Positions 41,670-50,712 of a stretch of 64,000 nt of DNA are shown piece after piece. The DNA is taken from positions 256,001 through 320,000 of the forward strand of contig CAVQRT010000002.1 of NCBI GenBank assembly GCA_963715195.1. The letters run 5' to 3'. Position 1 is the first letter of the stretch; the number at the start of each line of letters is the position of its first letter. Source of the stretch: Thermodesulfovibrionales bacterium. GTDB taxonomy: Bacteria; Nitrospirota; Thermodesulfovibrionia; Thermodesulfovibrionales; SM23-35. The translations under genes and the position numbers were made by a program. The notes beneath the pieces were generated by a model, which made no database searches, was not told where the DNA came from, and worked only from the letters and a program-made list of their open reading frames with translations.

Positions 41670-43129
41670 TTAGAATGTGAGCGCGAGACCGTGGACAATC
41701 TGGGCAACTCCCTTATCCTCGCCGCCCAGAAGTACGTTGGTGTCCTTATAAAAATCGCCTGCGTCAAACCAGCCTGCTTCAACAAAGTACGACAGGTTCT
41801 TCGTAATTGTGTAATTGAGCTTCGCATCAACTTCCCATCCGAGGCTGATCGTCCACGCTCTGTCTGTCTCCTGTTTCATCTTCGATTACTCGTTCCCAGC
41901 CCTTCGTCTCTGAAGCATACAGAAGGAATCCGTCGAGAGAGAGGCTCAGGTCTTTCATCGGGGTCACATCCACGCCTAAGTTATAATATGTGGTGTTTGC
42001 GATACCAGTATTCGTGGTGTTGCCACCAGGTGTTGTAGTAAGTTTCGCAAGCAAGGACGCTGTTCTGACCGTCCGCTCATAAATCTGCGTATAGTGGACG
42101 AGCCGTGCAGTTGCACCGTAGTCAGGCCCCTGCTGGGTCTGGAATTCTTCACAATCTTTATCAAAGAGATCATCATCACCGCTGCCATATGCAAAGGATG
42201 CCCTGATGTTTACAGGATCAATCATATAGCCCAGTTTCGCAAATACAGCCCATCCTTTCGGCTTGATGTCACTGTCTTCCAATTCATAGTTCTTAATTTT
42301 TCCGAACTGCATATCACCCTCTGCCGCATAGCTCAGACCGGAAATCATGCCTTTGGCATGGACACCGACATTTTGGAAATTGAGCTCGTCAACGTTGTTC
42401 TGCAAATAAGCAGGCACCGGCTCAAAGTCTTCATCTACTTCACCAGTAGTCAGTGGACGGACAGTTGCCGTCGCTGTGTACCCAAACATAATTAACACCT
42501 ATCATGTTGTCCTTGTCCCACTGGTATGTGGCAAGAGCAACATAACCGTCGAGGTCATCGGTGTGATTTAATACATCGCCCTCATTTAACTTTACGGTAC
42601 CTACAGCGATATGAAGTTCCTTCATCGGATCGGTCCAGAGGAGCAGTGCATCATCGCCGAATCTCTCATTGTTGAGGTATATCTTCTCGCCGAGGCTGAT
42701 AGGCATATGGCCGATCTTTATACCGGCTGGTACACCCATCAGCCCTGTCCCAGCATACTGAATCCATGCCTGCCTGATGAGGATATCTGCATTCGGTTTG
42801 GAATCATAACCACGTGCCTTATCACCCCAGTACCAGAGTCCGCTATTGGCGCTTCCGCCGCTTGCAGTCTCTAATTCAATCATCCCGCGAAGGCTATCGG
42901 AGACTTTTGCATCGACTGTGAGATAAACATTTTCATGCCAGAATGCATGGGAATTTGTATCCGCAGGGACTTCATTCTGTCCAGATAATCCGGATACATC
43001 CTGGACCCACCAGCCTTTAACCAGAATCTTACCGCCCAGTGTAATTTCCGGTTTGTCTTCTGCAAAGGCAGAAAACGCAAAACTTAATACCAGAAATACA
43101 CCTAACAATACTGCCAGATATTTCTTCAC
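41670..43129 (-). CDS. outer-membrane beta-barrel porin (alginate-export-like), with two 1-bp frameshifts (~42455, ~41848)
   Basis: Signal peptide ...AFSAFA, amphipathic strands, LGWEVDAKLNY, C-terminal LALTF; the three ORF pieces join if single extra bases are removed. Confidence 0.75.
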
Positions 43130-43337
43130 GTGTTAACCCTCCTTCTTTATCTAATGGTTCTATTCCTCTCAATTCCCTGAGCCGCAAACAGCGGCTATAC
43201 TGCTTTCTATATGCTTTTTGTTAACTTCTCTGTATCACCTCCTCCTCATAAAGATTTCAGCCTTCAATGAAGGCCCCCTTTCCTTTACATGCTCTAACGC
43301 AATCTTTCTTATTTCACTTTTCAAAAAAAACTGCGAT

Positions 43338-43367
43338 TTTATATCATGCATCATACAATCTTGTCAA
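43338..43367 (-). promoter_or_regulatory. sigma-70 promoter of the porin gene
   Basis: TTGACA-N18-TATAAA with TG extension; implies a leader of about 200 nt. Confidence 0.55.
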
Positions 43368-43656
43368 GAAAAACGACCCATCGCATGAGCGCAATTATCA
43401 CATTTCAGACTCCTGATTGCAAAAATAAGACCAGGAGCAGAAAAGAAGCTCGTGTGCGTGCAATATACTATAGAACTGCTTGAAAACACTATAAAAAAAT
43501 GTGTTGCCAGAGATTCCTACCAATATTCAGAGGGGAAATATATCGTGATGCGTTGAGATGATTTCTGTATCCTTTTTACAACATGCATGTAGTTCTTATG
43601 AGTCAAAAAGAGCTCTGCTTTTTCACTGTGCCTTCAGTATTGTGATAGAATGGTAA

Positions 43657-44847
43657 ATGCCCGACCTGGTAAAGGTATCCGTCGTCTTTGCGCTGATTCT
43701 TGTCCTGCTGAGGAAAAAACTGAATATCGGCATCGTGATGTCGATTGCTGCCTTTACTCTGTTCCTTCTCTACCAGATGTCACCCTCTTCAATCTTCCAA
43801 ACGTTCAGGGGTGCTGTATTGAATGATGTAACACTCAAACTTGTCTTTGCACTATCGTTTATCCGCATGTTTGAGCTCATACTCAGGGAACATAATGTCC
43901 TCACAGAGATGATGGGTGCGGTAAAGGCTCTGCTGAAAAACAGAAAACTGGTTACGATCTCGATGCCGCTCCTGATTGGTATGATACCGTCAGTCGGCGG
44001 CGCATATTTCTCTGCCCCCATGGTTGCAGAAGCAACCGGTGACATAAGCATGAGCCCCGAGGAGAAAGGATTCGTGAACTACTGGTTCAGGCATCCCTGG
44101 GAATATATCCTGCCGCTCTACCCGGGCATTCTCCTTGCAGCAGCCATTTCAGGAGTTGAACTCCATAATCTCATTACCGCAAATCTCTCTTATGCAATTC
44201 TTGTTCTCATAACAGGCTTTATCTTCGGAATGAACAGCCTGAAGGGGTCAGCAAGCTCAGAGAAAAGACTCTCGAAGAAGGGATTGTGGAGTTTTGCCCC
44301 GATTTTTATGGTCGTTGTGTTCGTTCTCTTCTTTCATATCGAATTACAGTATGCCCTGATTGCTCTCGTCGTCTTCTTATTCCTATTTTACCGTTACGAT
44401 GTGAAATCAGTATATGCAGCATTCAGGCATGGCTTTGCCCTTGATGTTATTATCCTCATTCTTGGGGTTATGTTCTTCAAGGAGGCAATGGAGAGTTCAG
44501 GAGCGGTAAAAAACCTGAGTACATTTTTTATCGAGCAGGGAATCCCCGCGTCACCCGTTCTTTTTCTCCTGCCTTTCGTAACCGGTTTGATCACCGGTAT
44601 CACCCTGGGTTTTGTAGGAAGCACGTTTCCGCTCATTATCCATATAGCAGGGAGTGCTTCCATTGCAGCCATATCGTTCGCTTTCGCCGCAGGATTCCTG
44701 GGCGTTCTTCTTTCCCCTGTTCACGTCTGTCTTGTCCTGACAAGGGAATACTTCAAAGCTGATCTCTGGGGAATGTATAAGATGATGCTGCCGGCCTGCA
44801 TCATCATTTTTGCAGCAGCAGTAATACAGTATATGCTATTGAGTTAG
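43657..44847 (+). CDS. DUF401 family membrane transporter-like protein
   Basis: MPLLIGMIPSVGGAYFSAPMV, NYWFRHPWE, LSPVHVCLVLTREYF. Confidence 0.8.
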   Translation: MPDLVKVSVVFALILVLLRKKLNIGIVMSIAAFTLFLLYQMSPSSIFQTFRGAVLNDVTLKLVFALSFIRMFELILREHNVLTEMMGAVKALLKNRKLVTISMPLLIGMIPSVGGAYFSAPMVAEATGDISMSPEEKGFVNYWFRHPWEYILPLYPGILLAAAISGVELHNLITANLSYAILVLITGFIFGMNSLKGSASSEKRLSKKGLWSFAPIFMVVVFVLFFHIELQYALIALVVFLFLFYRYDVKSVYAAFRHGFALDVIILILGVMFFKEAMESSGAVKNLSTFFIEQGIPASPVLFLLPFVTGLITGITLGFVGSTFPLIIHIAGSASIAAISFAFAAGFLGVLLSPVHVCLVLTREYFKADLWGMYKMMLPACIIIFAAAVIQYMLLS

Positions 44848-44878
44848 TGACTCATAGCAAACGCTATTCTATATGGTT

Positions 44879-44942
44879 GTCATTCCCGCCTGCCGGGAAT
44901 CATTCCGAAAGCCAAGAAAGATTCTGGCCGAGCAGGAATGAC
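44879..44942. repeat. REP-like palindrome (family C variant) between convergent genes
   Basis: GTCATTCCCGCCTGCCGGGAATC...GATTCTGGCCGAGCAGGAATGAC. Confidence 0.7.
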
Positions 44943-44964
44943 GGACTTGGAGACTTGGGTTATA

Positions 44965-46410
44965 TCAGCCTTTTATCACTCCCATCGGCCTCAACCGCGC
45001 AACCTTCCGTGAAATCCCCGCTTTATGAACCACATCGACAACATTGGTAATGTCTTTATACGCTTCTGACATTTCTTCCGCAAGTGTTTCACGCCCTGCA
45101 GACCTGACAATAATCCCTCTGTCCTCCAACTCTCTCCAGATCGCACGTCCCTTTGCCTTTTTGATCGCCTGATGCCTCGACATCACCCTGCCTGCGCCAT
45201 GACAGGTCGATCCAAAGGTCTCCTTCATCGCTCTTTCAGTTCCCAGGAGGACAAATGATGCCCTGCCCATGTCACCCGGAATCAGCACCGGCTGTCCGAG
45301 CGGTCTGTAAATCCCGGGCAATTCGGGGTGATTCGGGGGAAAAGCCCTTGTAGCGCCCTTCCGGTGAACTATCAGTTTCAGTCTTCTACCGTTCACCTCA
45401 TGCTCTTCAATTTTGGCAATATTATGAGCAACATCGTATATGAGACTCATGCCGAGTTGCCCCGGTGACATTCCAAATACGCTGATAAACGTCTCCCGCG
45501 CCCAGTGCATAATGCATTGTCTGTTTGCCCATGCATAATTAGCAGCCGCCCGCATTGCAGCGAGATAATCCAGGGCCTCGGGGCTTCCGACAGGTGCACA
45601 GGCAAGTTCCTTGTCCGGGAGGTCGATCTTATATTTCCTTACCGCCCGTTCCATAACCTCAAGGAAGTCGGTGCATACCTGATGACCAAACCCCCTCGAA
45701 CCGGTATGGATCATGACCGTGACCTGATCCCTGAAAAAGCCTAAACCGTTTGCTGCCGCCTCATCGTAAATCTCGTCGACGTACTGCACCTCAAGAAAAT
45801 GATTGCCTGATCCGAGAGTCCCCTGTTGAGCCCTGCCGCGTTCAAATGCTTTTGCACTAATGAGAGAGGGGTCTGCACCGTCTATGCATCCGCCCGACTC
45901 TGTTTTTTCAAGGTCTTCGGCATATCCAAACCCCTGCTCCACAGCCCAGCGCGCTCCTTTGAGGAGGAGTTTTCTTTCGGCTTCAGCATCGAGGCGTATT
46001 TTACCCTTTGAGCCGATACCCGATGGTATTTGATTCTGAAGGACCCCTACGAGGTCTTTGATCCTCGGGGCAACCTCAGCCCTTGTGAGGTTGCTCCTGA
46101 GGAGACGAACCCCTCAGTTTATGTCATAACCAACGCCGCCAGGCGAGATGATGCCGTCCTGCATATCAAAGGCTGCCACCCCTCCAATAGCAAAACCGTA
46201 GCCCGTATGGATATCAGGCATCGCCAGCGATGATTTCACGATGCCCGGGAGCATTGCGACATTCGCTACCTGATCGATTGCTTGCATTTCAAGCTCCTGT
46301 TCCAGAATATCATCGACATAAATGACACCGTTCACCCTCATCCCCGGCTTGAAATCAACAGGGATTTCTATCTTAGTACCATCAATTCTCCTCAGTTTCT
46401 CTATTGCCAT
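44965..46410 (-). CDS. rtcB: RtcB 3'-phosphate/5'-OH RNA ligase with an in-frame TGA (codon 99, 46114-46116) at the catalytic Cys; probable selenoprotein, 481 aa
   Basis: ORFs 46114-46410 and 44965-45942 share one frame and the gap between them is open: [50 protein letters not shown] and STCHGAGR are all intact. Confidence 0.88.
46062..46103 (-). promoter_or_regulatory. putative bacterial SECIS hairpin downstream of the rtcB UGA
   Basis: UCCUC-A-GG-A-GCAACCUCA [CAAGGGC] UGAGGUUGC-C-CC-GAGGA; starts at nt +11 after UGA; perfect 9-bp upper stem. Confidence 0.7.
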
Positions 46411-46448
46411 ATTGACCTCCGGTTCAGGTTATCACAAAAAATACATCC

Positions 46449-46628
46449 AAAAGTGCGGATGTTGTGAGAAAAATTATTTTTCGATACCGTAGTGTACACT
46501 GAACCGATGGTTAAGTGCATATTTTTACCCAGAGAGCGATGAAAGATATTTCAATCAAATCATCGGGTTAAATAATTTTTTGTCCGCCTCGGCGGATTCG
46601 CAGAGGCAAAAGGGATGTCTGAACTTTT
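46449..46628. mobile_element. MITE-like element, family A, copy 2, with a nested TCCGCCTCGGCGGA palindrome
   Basis: Homologous to 10836-10982, with about 30 bp extra near the right end. Confidence 0.7.
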
Positions 46629-46631
46629 GGG

Positions 46632-47096
46632 TTATATATCAAAAATAATCTCAGTCTCCCATATACGATCTTTTTTTTCTATTTTCAGACGGTGATAGGT
46701 GGCAGCCTTAATGAGCAGCTTTCCTTCATGGCGCTCCGAATCGAACTCCTCGCCATATACGATTGCCGTGATTCTGAAAGCCTCACCCACGAGCAGACCT
46801 CCTCCTCGAGTGGGGAGGGTAATGGAGGTGGTGAATTCAGTGATAGTAATTTTTTTGCCGATAAATCCGTAGGTGTCAAAATGAAAAATCAGCTCATTCA
46901 GCCACGAAACAAGGAGGCCATCGAGCGAATGACTTTCGACCGAAACTGTTATCGATTTTTGATCGGTGAGCAGATCGGTATTCGTAATGAGGCTGTACAT
47001 TCCCAGCGCAGCATGAACGAAGAGATCCTGTCTGCTCTTTCCGAAAGCCCTTATCCCGGCATCACCCGCAACGTCAAGGATTTCAAACTTTTCCAT
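46632..47096 (-). CDS. archease (RtcB activator)
   Basis: FEILDVAGDAGIRAFG, LLVSWLNEL, IKAATYH, C-terminal IIFDI. Confidence 0.92.
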   Translation of the reverse strand: MEKFEILDVAGDAGIRAFGKSRQDLFVHAALGMYSLITNTDLLTDQKSITVSVESHSLDGLLVSWLNELIFHFDTYGFIGKKITITEFTTSITLPTRGGGLLVGEAFRITAIVYGEEFDSERHEGKLLIKAATYHRLKIEKKDRIWETEIIFDI

Positions 47097-47124
47097 AAAA
47101 CCATTTGATTACAATGAAACCCCC

Positions 47125-48048
47125 TTACTTCTTTTCCGGTGCTTCTCCCTTATTGCCTTCGGGTTCGCCATTTGACTCTTCTTTCTTCTCTCCAGTTGCT
47201 GAGAGTTGTGAGACCGCCTCCTGGTTTATCTGCACGGTGTAGGTTTTTTTCAGGTCCTCGATGTACGAGTCAAAGAATTCTTTCTGTCTCTCTGCTGAAA
47301 CACGCTGGAAGAGCATACTCTTGATTTTTTCAAATTCAACAGGCTTCCCCTTCTTTTTGTCGGTAACCTTGATGATATGGTATCCGAATTTTGTCTTGAT
47401 CGGTACACTGCTGACTTCACCGGTCTTGAGTTTTTCAGCAGCAGCTTCGAATTCGGGGACCATCTGGCCGGGGGAGAAGTACCCGAGGTCTCCGCCGTTC
47501 CGGGCAGAACCAGTATCAATCGAACTCTTTTTTGCAATCGCTGCAAAATCTTCACCCTTCTTCAGTCTCTCCAGGATGTTCTTCGCCTCTTTCTCTGTTT
47601 TGACCAAAATATGGCTGGCTCTTATCTGGCTTACAGCGGAAAGCTCGTCCTTATGCTTGTCATAATAGTCTTTCACATCCTGCTCGGTGACCTTTGCCTT
47701 AAGCTCTATCTCCTTTTCAAGGAGCTGTCCGATAAGGGTAAGTTTCTTGAATTCTTCAAGTTTCTGCAAATATTCAGGGTCCTTTTGGAGTCCTTTTTTC
47801 ATGGCCTCCTGATACAGCAGCTCCTTCTTGATCATTTCATCGAGAAACTTCTCCTTTCCGGCAGTCCCCTCGAAAAGCTTCTGGGCAAACTCGGGCAGGT
47901 TCCTGAGGTCTCTTTCAAGATCATTTAGGGTTATTGTCTGGGAGCCGACTTTTGCAAGATACGGCCCTTTCTGCTCTCCTTTCCTGGCACAAGATACCGA
48001 TGCACAGAGGACAGCAAAGAAGAGTATCAAAACGAAAACATTTTTCAT
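47125..48048 (-). CDS. parvulin-type peptidyl-prolyl isomerase lipoprotein (PrsA-like)
   Basis: Lipobox-like [35 protein letters not shown]. Confidence 0.9.
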   Translation of the reverse strand: MKNVFVLILFFAVLCASVSCARKGEQKGPYLAKVGSQTITLNDLERDLRNLPEFAQKLFEGTAGKEKFLDEMIKKELLYQEAMKKGLQKDPEYLQKLEEFKKLTLIGQLLEKEIELKAKVTEQDVKDYYDKHKDELSAVSQIRASHILVKTEKEAKNILERLKKGEDFAAIAKKSSIDTGSARNGGDLGYFSPGQMVPEFEAAAEKLKTGEVSSVPIKTKFGYHIIKVTDKKKGKPVEFEKIKSMLFQRVSAERQKEFFDSYIEDLKKTYTVQINQEAVSQLSATGEKKEESNGEPEGNKGEAPEKK

Positions 48049-48150
48049 GGAATCCTCCTGAGGTTGAATTTTACTTTTATAGCATAAGATGCATTCTTTT
48101 TGACACACAAAATTTATTGTGATAGATTACAAGAATCTGCTGAGGCGCTT

Positions 48151-49437
48151 GTGGAACGGCAAAAATCAAATCACCTTTACAAGATTGCGTCCGAACTCAT
48201 TCCGGGCGGAGTCAACAGCCCTGTGCGCGCCTTCCGCGCAGTCGGAGGGAATCCGGTATTTATTGAGCGGGCCCGGGGGTCAAAGATTTATGACGTTGAC
48301 GGGAATGTTTACATCGATTATGTCCTTTCGTGGGGTCCTTTGATACTCGGCCATGCCTGTCCGAAAGTCATCAATGCCCTTAAAAAAGCAGCGGAGAAAG
48401 GCACCAGTTACGGAGCTCCAACATCACTCGAGATTGAACTTGCGCAGCTTGTCCTGAAGGCTTACCCGTCTATGGATAAAGTCCGGATGGTCAACTCCGG
48501 TACTGAAGCAACAATGAGTGCAATCCGTGTTGCACGGGGTTTCACCGGACGGGACAAGATAATCAAGTTCGAGGGCTGCTATCACGGTCATGCAGACGAA
48601 ATGCTCGTTAAGGCCGGTTCAGGAGCCACAACCTTCGGAGTGCCGGACAGTCCTGGAGTGCCGAAGTCCTCTGCAAAAAACACCATTACGATTCCCTACA
48701 ATGACAGTGCTGCATTGAAAACAGCAATTACGAAAGAGTGGAAATCCATTGCGTGCGTAATCATTGAGCCAGTCGTGGGAAACATTGGCTGTGTATTGCC
48801 GAAACCCGGTTTTCTCGAAACAGTAAGAAAACTGACAGAACGCAATAATATCGTGCTCATTTTCGATGAGGTAATGACAGGGTTCAGGGTAGCCCGTGGC
48901 GGTGCACAGGCACACTATGGTATCAGACCTGACATGACGTGTCTCGGAAAGGTTATCGGTGGCGGTTTGCCTGTTGGCGCTTACGGGGGGAAGAAAGAAA
49001 TCATGTCCATGGTCTCCCCTGAGGGCCCTGTTTATCAGGCAGGCACCCTCTCAGGAAATCCGCTCGCAATGACAGCTGGGATAACAACCCTGAAGATACT
49101 CTCGAAAGATGGCATATATGACAAGCTCGAGCAGAAAGCATCCCTGCTCGAGAAAGGGCTTCGCGAAGCATCCCGTAAGGCGGGAATCAAGACTCGCTTC
49201 TACCGCGCCGGAACCATGTTCTGCAGCTATTTCACCGATACCGACGTTGTTGATTACAAAACAGCGAAGACTGCTGATACGGAAAAATTCGCCCGATTTT
49301 TTAAGGCGATGCTGAAAAGAGGTATCTATATCGCACCTTCCCAGTTCGAGGCTGGATTCCTCTCATTAGCACATGCAGACAACGACATCGAAAAGACTGT
49401 CAGGGCTGTATACGAATCACTGAAAGAAATCAAATAG
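48151..49437 (+). CDS. hemL: glutamate-1-semialdehyde aminomutase
   Basis: [38 protein letters not shown]17-TAGATT at 48100 favours the GTG start at 48151. Confidence 0.96.
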   Translation: MERQKSNHLYKIASELIPGGVNSPVRAFRAVGGNPVFIERARGSKIYDVDGNVYIDYVLSWGPLILGHACPKVINALKKAAEKGTSYGAPTSLEIELAQLVLKAYPSMDKVRMVNSGTEATMSAIRVARGFTGRDKIIKFEGCYHGHADEMLVKAGSGATTFGVPDSPGVPKSSAKNTITIPYNDSAALKTAITKEWKSIACVIIEPVVGNIGCVLPKPGFLETVRKLTERNNIVLIFDEVMTGFRVARGGAQAHYGIRPDMTCLGKVIGGGLPVGAYGGKKEIMSMVSPEGPVYQAGTLSGNPLAMTAGITTLKILSKDGIYDKLEQKASLLEKGLREASRKAGIKTRFYRAGTMFCSYFTDTDVVDYKTAKTADTEKFARFFKAMLKRGIYIAPSQFEAGFLSLAHADNDIEKTVRAVYESLKEIK

Positions 49438-49451
49438 ATTCTCCGAACTGT

Positions 49452-49697
49452 ATGGCTGAGAAATCATTCTTCAGAAATCTCCTCGAGGCAAGTACGGTCG
49501 GCCTGAATCTCGTAATCGCTACCTTTATCGGTCTCGCAATGGGATACGGGCTTGACTATGCTATGGATAAGTGGTTTGGCTGGCATACCAAGCCATGGCT
49601 GACAATCATCTTCCTTTTCCTGGGAATCGTCTCAGGGTTCAGAGAACTGTTGAGGATGGCAAAAAAGGCAAGCAATGAATCTCAAAAGAATCTATAA
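49452..49697 (+). CDS. AtpZ/AtpI family protein
   Basis: STVGLNLVIATFIG..DKWF..TKPWLTIIFLFLGIVSGF. Confidence 0.85.
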   Translation: MAEKSFFRNLLEASTVGLNLVIATFIGLAMGYGLDYAMDKWFGWHTKPWLTIIFLFLGIVSGFRELLRMAKKASNESQKNL

Positions 49698-50079
49698 GCA
49701 GGGAACGATCATTCTTCTCTGCCTTTCGGCTGCTTCTGTTTTTTTCGACTGGAATAAGTTCCCTTTAAGTATTCTCATCGGGGGCCTGCTCGGGCTGGCC
49801 AATCTCAAGGGTCTTGCCTGGGGTTTGCGTGATTTTGCTGCATCCAGACCGACCGGACGGGTTATTTTCTGGAGCATGGTCAGGTTTTTCCTGCTCGGCC
49901 TGATCCTTTTCATCCTAGCATTGCTAAAATTGATCAATTTTATCGGCATTCTCATTGGATTCACGGTTGTTTTTATCCTGATTTTAAAAGAGGGGCTACA
50001 GACTGCAAAGGAATATTCTGAGACAGGGAAAGGCGATCAAACAAAACAGTCAATCAATTCCGCGGACGCGCAGAAATAA
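49675..50079 (+). CDS. atpI: ATP synthase protein I-like membrane protein
   Basis: Four TM helices, SILIGGLLGLANL; overlaps the atpZ-like gene. Confidence 0.7.
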   Translation: MNLKRIYKQGTIILLCLSAASVFFDWNKFPLSILIGGLLGLANLKGLAWGLRDFAASRPTGRVIFWSMVRFFLLGLILFILALLKLINFIGILIGFTVVFILILKEGLQTAKEYSETGKGDQTKQSINSADAQK

Positions 50080-50134
50080 CTCTCTTCCACAAGGGATAGA
50101 GCTTCTGCATAATTTCGGGAGGAGGAAAATATCA

Positions 50135-50695
50135 ATGGACACTCAGGAACTTTTAAGACAAGCGCAGTTACTTTTTGCTGAAGGAAAAGATACGGAAAGC
50201 ATTGAAGCCTTCACGAAAGCGCTGGAGGCAGGGGCAGATCCCTACATTGCCCATTTGAGCCGCGGTGTTGGATATGTGAAGATTCAGGATATTGATAATG
50301 CACTTGCTGATTTCGGCAAAGCAATCAACCTGAACAAGCAGAGTGCGCGGGCGCACTTCTTCCGCGGCATGGCTTACATGATGAAAAACGAATTCGAGAA
50401 TGCAGTTTCAGACTTTACCCATGCACTGGAATATAAGAAGGATTACGGCATGGCCAAGTTCTGCCGCGCTGTTTCGAACGCCCGTTTGGGCAATTTCGAG
50501 GACTCCTCAAAAGATATGCTTGCTGTTCTGCCCCAGATGGAGGAGAATCTCCAGAGTTTTGCCGATACGTATGGCATTGTGAGAACCGAAATGTGGAAAG
50601 TAATGGCTCAATTATCAGGGGAGGCAAAAACCCCTACCATCGAATTACCAGAAAAAGATATCAGCACGCTGAAGAAATGGCTTGAACAGGAATAG
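50135..50695 (+). CDS. tetratricopeptide repeat protein
   Basis: Repeating AHLSRG/AHFFRG..A..DF..A helices; RBS GGAGG. Confidence 0.8.
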   Translation: MDTQELLRQAQLLFAEGKDTESIEAFTKALEAGADPYIAHLSRGVGYVKIQDIDNALADFGKAINLNKQSARAHFFRGMAYMMKNEFENAVSDFTHALEYKKDYGMAKFCRAVSNARLGNFEDSSKDMLAVLPQMEENLQSFADTYGIVRTEMWKVMAQLSGEAKTPTIELPEKDISTLKKWLEQE

Positions 50696-50712
50696 CGTTC
50701 ATCGGGGGCGAA

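Noticed and set aside
22711..44942. Repeats as a CRISPR array
   Set aside because: The copies are dispersed, with no regular repeat-spacer period and no cas genes.
44965..46410. rtcB as a nonsense pseudogene, split gene or intein-containing gene
   Set aside because: The only lesion is a TGA exactly at the conserved Cys codon with a hairpin downstream. The length is normal, no intein sequence is present, and all other motifs are intact.
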